Shown here piece by piece: positions 28,674 to 42,929 of a stretch of DNA of 64,000 nt (position 1 is its first letter; each line of letters starts with the position of its first letter). Source of the DNA: Octopus sinensis (Eukaryota); contig NC_043002.1 of assembly GCF_006345805.1 (NCBI RefSeq), positions 12,958,001 to 13,022,000 of the forward strand, in the 5' to 3' direction. The position numbers and the translations under genes are program-made. The notes below the pieces were generated by a model that did no database searches, was not told the origin of the DNA, and saw only the letters and a list, made by a program, of their open reading frames with translations.

Positions 28674-28840
28674 TACGAAGGAGTACTGAAAATTTACTGG
28701 CTTTAAGGGTTTCGCGAAAGGCCTGGCTGGAGATGCAACCTCTTGAGCTCGTTAACTGGGCTTAGAAAAACTGAAGGACCATTGCAATGTGTGAATCTGA
28801 GAGGGGAATATGTTGAATAAAGTCATGATTTTCTTCAACA
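28674..28840 (+). mobile_element. Internally deleted mariner derivative (second copy), cut by a SINE
   Basis: TACGAAGGAGTACTGAAAA terminus, and CTGAGAGGGGAATATGTTGAATAAA shared with 10703. Confidence 0.5.
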
Positions 28841-28844
28841 TAGG

Positions 28845-29027
28845 AGGGGCTGTGTGGTAAGTAGCTTGCTTGCGAACCACATGGTTCCGAGTTCAGTCCC
28901 ACTGCTTCTACTATTCTACTGTCTTCCACTATTTCCTCGGGCCGACCAAAGCCTTGTGAGTGGATTTGGTAGACGGAAACTGAAAGAAGCCCGTCGTATA
29001 TATGTATATATATATATATATATATAC

Positions 29028-29059
<32 letters not shown>

Positions 29060-29270
29060 TTGTGTGTCTGTGTTTGTTCCTCCCCCAACATCACTTGACA
29101 GCCGATGCTGGTGTGTTTACGTCCCCGTAACTCAGCGGTTCGGCAAAAGAGACCGATAGAATAAGTACTAGGCTTACAAAGAATAAATCCTGAGGTCAAT
29201 TTGCTCGACTAAAAGGCGGTGCTCCAGCTTGGCCACAGTCAAATTCCTAAAACAAGTAAAAGAGTAACTG
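28845..29270 (+). mobile_element. SINE family 3 with an internal (TA)n(TG)n microsatellite
   Basis: Order is head, CORE-like segment, GAAAGAAGCCCGTCG, then (TA)n(TG)n, then the conserved 3' half and AAGAGT tail. Confidence 0.85.
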
Positions 29271-29397
29271 ATCGTCCCGTATATTCTTTTACCCAAAACC
29301 AAGAATTTTCCAGTATCCCCTCGTAATTATTGTCTTCTTTGCTTTTTCGTAGCTTTGTTTTGTCTTTAAAAATTCAAAAAAAAAAAAATACTTACGT

Positions 29398-29606
29398 TTA
29401 ATAATTATTGTTGTTATTGTTTGGGTTATTTTGAGTGCACGCTGTGGTGCTCAAGGTTGTACAACGTTGCAGCTGCACATTGAAAATTAAGTTATCCTGG
29501 CAGGCCATAGATGGGAATGATGTGTGATTGAAACAGGGAATGAACCTTCTGCAATTTTTAGGATCCCGATTCAGGCCGAACGGATAAGAATTGCACAGGG
29601 GATCAT
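29398..29606 (-). CDS. Gene B exon: chitin-binding type-2 (CBM14) domain ending in an Asn-rich tail and stop
   Basis: Polypyrimidine tract + tttcAG at 29607-8, phase 1. Reads (N)DPLCNSYPFGLNRDPKNCRRFIPCFNHTSFPSMACQDNLIFNVQLQRCTTLSTTACTQNNPNNNNNNY*. Cys spacing is 13-5-10-12-7. Not in the ORF track. Confidence 0.85.
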
Positions 29607-30104
29607 CTGAAAGAAAAGGGAAAAGTAAAATAAAATAAAATAAAACGGAAAATAAACTTGCTCAGTGACACTATGTTGGGTGATTGCGAATCAGGAGATT
29701 TTCACAAAGACCCTAAATATTAAATTGTCCAAAAATCAGTTCTGAATATAAATATATGAAAATATATCCAGTAAGGTCTCTAGGCGTAGGAGTGGCTGTG
29801 TGGTAAGTAGCTTGTCCCCTCTTTGTAATGCCCTCATGGCAAATATTTATGAAATAAAGTAGCTTGCTTATGAATTACATAGTTCCAGGTTCAGTCACAC
29901 TGCGTGACACCTTGGGCTAGTGTCTTCTACCATAGCCTCAGGCCAAGCAAAGCCTTGTGAGTGGACTTGGTAGACGGAAACTGAAAGAAGCCAGTCGTAT
30001 ATATGTATATATATATATGTGTGTGTGTATGTATGTATGTATGTATGTATGTATGTATGTATGTATGTATGTATGTATGTATGTGTGTGTGTGTTTGTGT
30101 GTCT

Positions 30105-31936
<1,832 letters not shown>

Positions 31937-32056
31937 TAAAATAACTACCATTTGAGTACTTAGCCACCTCATCGAAGTTGCTGATCTTGTGCAAAAATGT
32001 GAAATCAATATATGTAACTCCTACTAAATGTATAAATACATACGTTTATACAATAC

Positions 32057-32365
32057 GGAGGCGCAATGGCCCAGTGGTTAGGACAGCGGACTCGCGGTCG
32101 GAGGATCGCGGTTTCGATTCTCAGATCGGGCGTTGTGAATGTTTATTGAGCGAAAACACCTGAAGCTCCACTATGCTCTAGCAGGGGTTGGTGGCGACCC
32201 CTGTTGTACTCTTTCGTCCCCAACTTTCTCTCACACTTTCTTCCTGTTTCTTGAGTAACGCTGCGATGGACTGGTGTCCCGTCCAGCTGGGAGGAACACA
32301 TACGCCAGAGAAACCGGGAAACCGGGCCCATGAGCCTGGCTAGGCTTGAAAAGGGCGCATAAAAA
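32057..32365 (+). mobile_element. tRNA-derived SINE, family 1
   Basis: Full head to GGGCGCATAAAAA tail. Confidence 0.85.
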
Positions 32366-32919
32366 ATGTATAATACATAAGTGTATACGTAGTATGTATG
32401 TAGGTAGGTATGTACGTATCTAAGTATATACGTTAGTATGTATTCAGAGAGAGAGAGAGAGAAGGCGGTGGGTGTTGTGTGTTTGTATGGGTGTTTTGGC
32501 TGTCATTCGTTTGAGGTAGACTGAAGCAAGAAGACGATATATTAACGATAGCGCATTTTGACATCGGGGTTAGGCCTGTTTAAGTTCTGTCTATAATTTC
32601 GTTCATAACTGTATTGTAGCTACGTGTATATAAATAAAACTTTGTTTACCGTGTAGGACTTTATTGAATAAATAATATCCACTAATTGATAAAAATAAAC
32701 AAATGGAATGATTGATAAGTTTGGATGATGGCAATAAATAATGACATGGAAGGGTTAAGTAAAGTGTCTCTTACGGTAAAATGTGTGTTTTGGAAAATTA
32801 AAAAGCAAACACGAATTCACCGACCGAATTTCTCCTACTCGTATACATTCATATATACATACCCCACTTTCACACGTACAGACACGCACGCACACATTAA
32901 TATAAATATATGCGATACA

Positions 32920-32953
<34 letters not shown>

Positions 32954-33185
32954 TTATTTATACATGTTCTTTTACTTGTTTCAGTCATTTTGACTGCGGC
33001 CATGCTGGAGCACCTCCTTTACTTGAACAGATCGATCCCAGGACTTATTCTTTGTAAGCCTAGCGCTTCTTCTGTCGATCTCTTTTGCCGAATAAGTTTG
33101 CCAATAACTTTCGGGGACGTAAACACACCAAGCGATGGTAGGGTGACAAAGAAAGACACACAAACATACACACACACACACACAC

Positions 33186-33258
<73 letters not shown>

Positions 33259-33437
33259 GGGCAGGAGTGGCTGTGTAGTAAGTAGCTTACTTACCAAGCA
33301 CATGGTTCAGGGTTCAGTCCCACTGCGTGGCACCTTGGTCAAGTTTCTTTCACTACAGCCTCGGGCCGACCAAAGCCTTATGAATGGATTTGGTAGACGG
33401 AAACTGAAAGAAGCTCGTCGTATATATGTTATATATA

Positions 33438-33469
<32 letters not shown>

Positions 33470-33487
33470 GCGTGTGTATAAGTTTGT

Positions 33488-34425
33488 GTGTCTGTGTTTA
33501 TTCCCCCACCAACATCGCTTGACAACCAATGCTGGTGTGTTTACGTCCCCGTAACTTAGCAGTTCGGCAAAAGAGACCGATAGAATAATTACTAGGCTTA
33601 CAAAGAATAAGTCCCGAGGTCGATTTGCTCGACTAAAGGCAGCGCTCCAGCATGGCCACAGAAAATTGACTGAAACAAGTAAAAGAGTAAAGAGAAAGAG
33701 TATACGAACATAGTCCGTTCCGGAACACTGTTCTTTAACCAAATTGTTCGTTACAAGAGTAGTTAACATACATATAAATAGAGGAAATCTCATGCCCAGC
33801 CACCTCCAAACACCATATAAAGGTGTGAAATTATGTTTTCTTTGTCCTTCCATCAGTAGCAGGTATATAGATACATACATCTGTGTGTTCGCGGCCATTT
33901 GCGTGCGCCTGTTTGCCGGCGAGCTGGCAGAATCATTAGCACGTCGGGCGAAATGCTTAGTGGTATTTCGTCTGCCGTTACGTTGTGAGTTCAAATTCCG
34001 CCGATATCGACTTTGCCTTTCATCATTTCGGTGTCTATAAATTAAGTACCATTTACGCACTGAGGTTGATATAATCGACTTAATCCATTTGTCTGTCCTT
34101 GTTTGTCCCCTCTATGTTTAGCCCCTTGAGGGCAATAAAGAAATAAGAAAATTCCTTGTAACACTAAACAGGAACTGAAGGCAACAATTATGGCAGCATT
34201 CACCAACTTAAACAAGGAGAGCATCCAGAAGTGTTGCAGGAGGTTGCGAAGTCGTCTGGACGCCGTGCTTGAAGCCAATGAAGATTTAATTGAATAAATT
34301 TACTCTTTAGTATTTCAAGATATTTTAATGTAATTTTGGTAAACATATCTGTTAAAATGAGATGTCAGTGCTATCTTCATTCTGCGTAATTTAGACGACA
34401 GTTTAATCACCGCACCCTATATATA

Positions 34426-34467
<42 letters not shown>

Positions 34468-35646
34468 ATATATATTATATATATATATATAGTATATATA
34501 TATATATGTCCTACGTCCTGGTTTTGTTTGTTGTTATTTTTTATTTTTTTTTTTTACCGTTATTGTTTTTACGTTTTTGTATTCTTATTGGTGTCACGTA
34601 TTCTGTATTTTTGTTTATGTACTTCGTTCGTTTTCCGTCCTCGCATTGTATACATTCGAAGCTTTCTTCCGGGGATCTAATGCGCTTGGCTTAGATTTCC
34701 TTTGGGCGGGGGCCATATCGGAGCAATCTCAAGATTAATCAGCCGAAATTGCTAAGATGATCTGGTTCTTGACTGATGACTGAGGGCTTCGAATGTCCCG
34801 TCCTGTGGTTCTTGTGTCGTCTCTGTGGTGTTTCATGTTCTTGTCCATGTCTGTAATTATTTTTACTGTTTACCTATATAATCGCGGCTACGTATCCACA
34901 ATTGTCCTTATACGATAAGTATATTTTTTCTCTAGCATTGATACGACTCTTAATCTGTCTCTTTTTCTCTCTCTCTCTCCTCCCTTATTCCCCTTCCTTT
35001 CTTTCCCTCTCCATCCGTCTCCCCCCCTCTACGTTTCTCTATCTCTCTCACCTCCAGCCCCTTCGACCTGTCTCTTTCTTCTCCTCCCTCGTCCACCTTC
35101 TCTCTCTTTTCATCTGTCCCTTTCTCCTGTCTTTTGTTCTCACGTGATCGCTAGCCGCTGTTGAGCGCTCTTTTCGTTTTCAGCAGCCGCAGAAGCAACA
35201 CGTATTTGTCGTCTCCCCGTGGCCATTAGGCACAACTTCACAAGCCAGCCCCATACTCAACTCGTCCTGTCGAAAGACCCTTGTCCTACGTCCTGGTTTT
35301 GTTTGTGTTATTTTTTATTTTTATTTTTACCGTTATTGTTTTTACGTTTTTGTATTCTTATTGGTGTCACGTATTCTGTATTTTTGTTTATGTACTTCGT
35401 TCGTTTTCCGTCCTCGCATTGTATACATTCGAAGCTTTCTTCCAGGGGATCTATGCGCTTGGCTTAGATTTCCCTTGGCGGGCTGGCCATATCGGAGCAA
35501 TCTCAAGATTAATCAGCCGAAATTGCTAAGATGATCTGGTTCTTGACTGATGACTGAGGGCTTCGAATGTCCCGTCCTGTGGTTCTTGTGTCGTCTCTGT
35601 GGTGTTTCATGTTCTTGTCCATGTCTGTAATTATTTTTACTGTTTA

Positions 35647-35692
<46 letters not shown>

Positions 35693-36231
35693 TATGCAAA
35701 ATTATGGAATGTAGTAGATTAAGTCCAGGTTACATATGTTTCATAGCTAGCAGAACCTTGGAAGTAATAATTACCCCAACTAAGAATAGGCGCAAGCTAC
35801 TCTTCGAACCAAGAATTCCCTTTTCTTTACTACCCACAAGGGGCTAAACACAGAGGGGACAAACAAGGACAGACAAACGGATAAGTCGATTACATCGACC
35901 CAGTGCGTAACTGGTGCTTAATTTCTTTACCCCGAAAGGATGAAAGGCAAAGTCGACCTCGGTGGAACTTGAACTCAGAACGTAGCGGCAGACGAAATAC
36001 GGCTATGCATTTCGCCAGCTCGCGAGCCAAGAATACCCTGGTTACATAAATAAATATATACAATTCAAACAGTTCGCACGGAAGTCATTTGGTGCCGAAT
36101 CAAACTGATTAACTGATAAATTATGTAACTTCAAAGGCGACAAGCTTGCGGAATCATAAACACGCAGGAGAAAATACTCATTGGTATTTCGTCCGTCTTT
36201 AAGTTCTGAGTTCTAATGCCATCGAGGTCGA
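33488..36231 (+). repeat. Copy B of the local duplication (lacks one SINE unit, carries a ~1.15 kb insertion)
   Basis: Colinear with 30105-31936, with a break at GCCATCGAGGTCGA. Confidence 0.9.
34506..35650. mobile_element. Unclassified non-coding element: ~370 bp direct repeats flanking ~400 bp, inserted in (TA)n
   Basis: 34506-34880 matches 35283-35650 (TGTCCTACGTCCTGG...TTTTACTGTTTACC). It is absent from duplication copy A. Confidence 0.75.
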
Positions 36232-36989
36232 GCTGGCAGAATCGTTAGCACGCCGGGCAAAATGCTTAGCGATATTTCGTCTCTACATTCTGAGTTCAAA
36301 TTCCGCCGAGGTCGACTTTACCTTTCATCTTTTTTACGGTCGATAAAATAAGTATCAGTTGAACACTTGGGTTGATGTAATCGACTTGGCCTCTGTTCCG
36401 AAATTACTGGCTTTGTACAAAAATTAGAAACTATTACATTCATACACACACACACAAAACTATTTATTGTTGTATATAAGAGAAGGAGCGGGGCTTAGAG
36501 ATTAAGATGGATTCACTATCGTGATTTCAATTGCCGAGCAGTGCAGTGAGCTTTTGCGTACAACCTTTCATTTTGCGTTGCTTTACAAGCACTTCGACAC
36601 CTGACGTGCGGCACATCATCCATTTGTAGAGGCAATCCCGATTTAACGGAGGATGTGAGCTAATGTACTGTACAAACATTTATTCTCTATAAATAAATCA
36701 TCTGTGAAAGTTGTTCAGCAAGAAATTTCGGAATCCCCATATTTTATCTAAGATAGGAGAGTCCCCGAAAAATATATATAAACCAAAAACAATATATACA
36801 CACTCCAGAGAAAGAAAAACAGGTAGAAATATTTCAATACTAAATTTAGACATAAGACTAATATAAGTTGCTTTTAACTTTTTTCCTTTATTTTTGCCCT
36901 TTATTTTTGTAAGTGGACAAATCAGTCGAATTACCAGAGGTCATTGTCTAGTGTGCATTGACGTCAAGAGGTTTTCTTTGAAGATACAC

Positions 36990-37290
36990 TTTGTGGTCAA
37001 GTGTACTTAGACATCCTACACACGTCCATTTTACCTGCCTTACATGTAACTTTTTCTTTCAGAAAAACGTCACACAGCAAGACTACCGCCGAGACTTGCG
37101 AGCTTACCTGGATGAGAATTCTCAAAGATACTAGATCGTACGAAGAGGGTGCCGTTGCGTTTACTGCACGTCTTCCTGATTTACTACCTGCAGGCTTTTC
37201 CTCATGAGGTACCCAAAAGTATGTCATGTATCTCAGAAAACAGGCTACACTGACGTCCTTCGGGAATAGATTGTAAGGGCATGTACAGTA
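36990..37290 (+). mobile_element. Degenerate Tc1/mariner-superfamily transposase fragment
   Basis: Remnants YRRDLRAYLDENSQR..RRGAVAFTARLPDL...FS.*GT resemble the consensus VR.YL..WIGRRG..WP.RSPDL..LDFFLWG. Confidence 0.45.
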
Positions 37291-37369
37291 ATCCCACTGG
37301 ATACTAAGCTTGAAGATCCACCCACCACCCGTGATAGACTGGCGGTTGCACGGGCGCGAAAGCTACGTT

Positions 37370-37700
37370 GTTATCCTCATTCCGTAAACCGTGGGTTATA
37401 ACGGGTGGAGAGCTGAACCACCCTGGGGTATATAGGATTTGCAATCTAGGGTCTGAAAGTTTACCACATCATAGTTGGTTACACCATGGTTCCTCTGCTT
37501 CGTGGCAGGAGTAGGAAGAAAGAGTGAGAGAAAGTTGTGGTGAAAGAGTATTGCGGGGTTCACCACGACCACCCGCCGGAGCCTCGTGGAGCTTAGGTGT
37601 TTTTGCTCAATAAACATTCACAATGTACGGTCTGGGAATCGAAACCGCGTTCTTACGACCGCGAGTCCGCTGTCCTAACCACTGGGCCATTGCGCCTCCA
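37370..37700 (-). mobile_element. tRNA-derived SINE, family 1
   Basis: Ends in CTAACCACTGGGCCATTGCGCCTCC on the plus strand. Confidence 0.8.
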
Positions 37701-39038
37701 CTTGACGTTGGTGTTGCCTTGGCGGAGGTTTGCATTCTCTGAGGGCTCTTGTTACTAATGTAGTGAGGTCGATAGCATCTACTAATCATCTCCCTTCAGA
37801 ACCGATGACCTTGTGTCTTAATATTATTGACAATTATTAATACATATTTCTTTATTACCCACAAGGGGCTAAACATAGAGGGGACAAACATGGACAGACA
37901 TAGGTTTTAAGTCGATTATATCGACCCCAGTGCGTAACTGGTACTTAATTTATCGACCCCGAAAGGATGAAAGGCAAATTCAACCTCGGCGGAATTTGAA
38001 CTCACAACGTAACGGCAGCCGAAATACCGCTAAGCATTAGTAGAGAACCAGACAGAGGGCACTGCTGTAATTGTTCCGGAACTTTGTACTTCATCCCAAA
38101 CCTTGCTCATTTTCTCCTTCTTTCATCCCTCCTGTATACATTACGAGTCAAGTGCTTGTACATCCTTTTCAGCTTTTAGCTGTCACATCTTCGATGTTTA
38201 TTACGTTTAGAGGGAGGCTATCGATAACGGTGTTTCTTTCTGCTTGTTCTACATGGATGCTTAGAAGAATAAATAAAAAAAAAATAAGGTGCGTGCTGGC
38301 ACCAAGTCATACTCGATCGCGGGTGACGGACCAGATTTTACTCTATTGGTCTATGAAGTATTTATGTTTTATCTGCTACTTATTTCATTGGACTGCGGTC
38401 ATGCTGGGGGACCTCTTTGAAGAGTTTAATCAAACATATCAACCACAATACTAATATTTAAGTCTGATATTTGTCTTATGGTTTTCTTTTGTTCAATTCA
38501 ATTAAGTTATGCGAAATTAGTTAACAGTTTTTATTTCATAGCTTAGAACTTTAACACCTATTAGACATAAAATATAATGAACACAATTTCTGTCATTTGT
38601 GCGCGTTTAAGAAATATATAGCGGCAGCATTGTTGACCAAATCGATCCACAACGACTAATTGATACATGAGTTATCGATCATTGTGTAATAAAAGGCAAA
38701 TTCGAACTGGACGAGATCTGAACTGAGAACATATAAGCGAGAGACGTGGTTAAATATCACAAACAGTTGTATTACATCTCGATCGATTCTGCAAGCTAAA
38801 ATTCTTTCTACTATAAACACAAGAGAAGAAATTTTGAAGGGAAGGGTAGTCGATTACATCAACCCCAGTGTTCAACTGGTACTTATATTTTCGACCCGAA
38901 AGGATGAAAGGAAAAGGCGATTATGTAAGAACGTAAGGCAGGAAGAAATGCTGCTAAGCATTTTGTCGGGCCTTTCTGCAAATTAAAATAATAAATTAAA
39001 TAGCAAAAGAAAATGAATAAATATTTCCTCCTACTTAC

Positions 39039-39318
39039 TGTAACGGCCTCCATAGACTTCCTGGTTACAATCATTGAACCGACTGTTTTTAAAGACACAG
39101 GTTTGGTAAGCTTGTGAAAATACAAGACCATTATTACAGACGATTGGAAATGGAATCGCTAAACCAGCGTAACAATTGAAGAATATGCTGCAATTTCGAG
39201 GTGAGCGAACTAGAGTGTTATATGAATTTTGTCTCAATTTCTGACAGAGTTTCCACAAATCTTGGCAGAAGATTGTGGAAAGGGACGCTAAAAGTACAAA
39301 AAAGCATAAGATCCTCAT
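39039..39318 (-). CDS. Gene B first coding exon: signal peptide + CBM14-like domain
   Basis: ATG at 39318. Reads MRILCFFVLLASLSTIFCQDLWKLCQKLRQNSYNTLVRSPRNCSIFFNCYAGLAIPFPIVCNNGLVFSQAYQTCVFKNSRFNDCNQEVYGGRY, with Cys spacing 17-5-11-12-9. The phase-1 donor is A|GTAAGT at 39038. An upstream acceptor tgtttacAG at 39357-8 implies a non-coding first exon. Confidence 0.85.
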
Positions 39319-39919
39319 GATTCTGGTGAGTATTACACCAGGAACTGTATTTGTCACTGTAAACAATGTCTATATGATTGTTTATCGTTCTGATTTGCAA
39401 ATAAGCCTATAGATGTTTTAAATATTATTAAAGTAATTTTTTTTTATGGCTGCTTAGTTTTCTGGGGGTTTTCTCTTGTTTTGGTTAGGATTATGAATTA
39501 GTCCACGAAGAAGTACAAGTTAATGTTTCCCAAAGAAATAAACTAAGGTTTTTGAAAGACAACGTTTTTATACAATGAAATACAGTGAATTTGAGCCACG
39601 AAGACTTATTCAATGAAGAACAAAACGCAAAACACATTCAACGCATAATCACATGCACATATATATAATGTATATATATGGTATATATATATTATATATA
39701 TAATAATTATATATTATATAGATATATATATATATATATAAATACGTGTATATATATATACATATATATATGTATATATCTATATGTATATTTATAAATA
39801 TATATGTATAAATGTGTGATTAAATATATTTATGTTTGTGCATCTGTGTATGTATGTGTATCTATATATGCATATATGTATTATCTATTCATATATATAT
39901 ATTATATATATATATATAT

Positions 39920-39959
<40 letters not shown>

Positions 39960-40506
39960 CTATATATATATATATGCATATATATATATATATATGTATA
40001 TATATAGGGCATATAGGTTTATATATGTATATATGTATATACGTATAGATATATATATATGAACACATGCATATTTATACACACAGACACAGAGACACAC
40101 ACAAATATATGTACATATATATATATATACACATATATAAGGTAGCTAGCTAGATAGGGATATATAGGTATACACATATACACATACAAACACACATAAA
40201 CACACACATGCAACACACACACACACATATGAAGTCAAACAAATCTGTTCCCTTATATAATAGAACAGAATGAATTCAAAAATCATACCTAATCCATATG
40301 ATTGTGTTACAGTTTAGTTTGAGTTTATAGAACTAGTAGCAATTAAATCGCGTTGCATAAAAGATGTTTTGTTATTCGCTAGACTGTAATATTAGATGCT
40401 TTTCCCAGCTTACATTTACTTTTAAATATTAGCCCGAGAAGTAAATAAAATATTTTCAAACTATTTCATAATTACACAGGTGCATATGTAAGCTCAGAGG
40501 TACACA

Positions 40507-40552
<46 letters not shown>

Positions 40553-40699
40553 CATATATTTCATATCTAAGTATCATATATATATATATATATATAATAT
40601 ATATACATACATACAGAGAGGATGAGAGGTAAATGGATGTATTGATAGAAAGATAGATACAAATATATATTTATATATACTTATATATATGTATGTATG

Positions 40700-40736
<37 letters not shown>

Positions 40737-40753
40737 ATGTATACATATATATC

Positions 40754-40789
<36 letters not shown>

Positions 40790-41146
40790 CGTATATATGT
40801 ATGTATATATGTATATATTGTATAGACAGCTAGAGAGGGGAGAGAGGGATCAAAAGGCATATACAGGTAATATATGAGCGATCGACAGATAGATAGATCA
40901 GGTAGATTTATTCCATTATGTATGAGATTAAAGAGATTAAATACGGGTTTCCGAAATGCTCGAAAAGTAGTAAATATTTGTTTTGTTCCACATTTGTGCC
41001 ATGAACTCCAGACATTTAGAGAAAATCCAATAATTATATGCCTAAAGCCTTCTCAATCACTTTCGTTACGTAAGCAGAAGGATATTGGCAGCATTTTACG
41101 TTTTGCAGGGCTTAACATTCAAAAAAATTGTGCTGGGCATGTGTGT

Positions 41147-41200
<54 letters not shown>

Positions 41201-41327
41201 ACTATTTCAGATAGATACTATTTCAGATATATAAGTATATATATATATATATAAAATATCATGATCAAAACATCATGCTAACCATCACACAATATACATA
41301 CAAATGTACATTATATATAATTATATA

Positions 41328-41380
<53 letters not shown>

Positions 41381-41533
41381 ATGAAATGGATAAATGAATT
41401 ATCTTGTTACGGATTATTCAAAATTTAACCGATACCTGTGTAGCAAAAACACACCAGAAAAGACACGGTTGAGGTTACGACCATGGGGTTTCGCCCCCGT
41501 GATTTGGCGCGGATAATTGAAGTTTTATATATT

Positions 41534-41647
41534 TAGTGAAGGGAAGAAATGGAGCCGAACGAAGATTCTACAAAATTCCTTTTTATTATTTTCCATAATA
41601 ATAAAAAGGAATTTTGTAGAATCTTCGTTCGGCTCCATTTCTTCCCT

Positions 41648-41653
<6 letters not shown>
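41534..41653. repeat. Perfect 57-bp inverted repeat with a 6-nt loop
   Basis: TAGTGAAGGGAAGAAATGGAGCCG...TTATTATT / TTCCAT / AATAATAA...CCCTTCACTA. Confidence 0.9.
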
Positions 41654-41725
<72 letters not shown>

Positions 41726-41863
41726 TTACATATATACATGTGTGTGTGTGTGTGTGTATCTTAAATCCCCCTAAAGAAAAACGATGGCAAACAAAAAGAA
41801 CAACAACGCAGGTTGTGGTGCATGTAAAGTATTAGCAGACGCTCAGGGAAGGAAAGAAATGTG

Positions 41864-41898
41864 GTTTAACGTTTCGAGCAGTGCTCTTCTTCAGCAAC
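41864..41898 (-). ncRNA. Minimal type-I hammerhead motif (Penelope-like), weak stem I
   Basis: The minus strand reads GTTG-CTGAAGA-A-GAGC-ACT-GCTC-GAAA-CGTT-AAAC. Confidence 0.55.
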
Positions 41899-41983
41899 AG
41901 AGGAAAGTCCAATAGAAAGGAAGACGGAAGAGGAAAATCGCCAACGATTCACATGTGGTTACATTCTGAAATGCATATATATA

Positions 41984-42066
<83 letters not shown>

Positions 42067-42143
42067 TACATACATATATATATATATATATATAATATAT
42101 ATATATATAATATATATATATATAATATATATATATATATATC

Positions 42144-42174
<31 letters not shown>

Positions 42175-42639
42175 TATATATATATAATATATATATATAT
42201 AATATATATATATATAATATATATATATATAATATATATATATATAAGATATTAGAGGTGGAAGTACAATTATTAGCGAATGACAATCTTTATACCCTAC
42301 TTGACTTGAATGTATTATAAGAACGCCGTAATACTGTGGTATTCGTTCCGAGAAAACCTCTCGTATACACGTTTAGTGCTTAGAATGACAGAAATAGCAG
42401 GAGCAGACAAGAAATGTCTTGCACCGTCGCTGAAACTACTAAATCATATGATTTCAACGTGTCTACGAATCATCGGCAGCAGGTATCACCGCTTGCTAAC
42501 AAAATCTCACCTCCAATGATATATTGGAAGAAAAGAGTGACTAATCAGATTCCGGTGTCGCAGGTCTGAATAACTTTACTTAATGTGGATGGATTGTAAG
42601 ACTCGGTATGTTTGTATGTCTACTATACGTTCGTTCCCT

Positions 42640-42929
42640 CTCGCGCCATCTCTGGCTCATAAGGGCCGGTTTCCTGGTTTCCTTGGTGTATAGGTTCCCT
42701 ACATGGACGGGCCGCCTGTCCGTCGCAGGTGAGCTGCAAGATGCAGGAGGAAAGAGTGAAAGAAAGTTCTGGCGAAAGAGTCAGTGGAGGTTTGCCATTA
42801 CCCTCTGCCGGAGCCGCGTGGAGCTTAGGTGTTTCGCTCATAAACACACACATCACCAGGTCTGAGATTCGAACCTGCGATCCCTCGACTGTGAGTCCGC
42901 TGCTATAACCACTAAGCCATGCGCCTCCA
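42640..42929 (-). mobile_element. tRNA-derived SINE, family 1
   Basis: Reverse-complement head CACTAAGCCATGCGCCTCC. Confidence 0.8.

Noticed and set aside
33353-34060. 235-aa ORF, repeated as 30206..30667
   Set aside because: It is antisense read-through of SINEs inside the duplication.
34770-34805. CTGATGA in the direct-repeat element as a retrozyme hammerhead
   Set aside because: There is no pairable stem II and GAAT replaces GAAA.
38070-38262. Alternative second exon for gene B
   Set aside because: The phase-1 frame stops after a few codons, or gives a featureless peptide from a second AG. 29606 fits far better.
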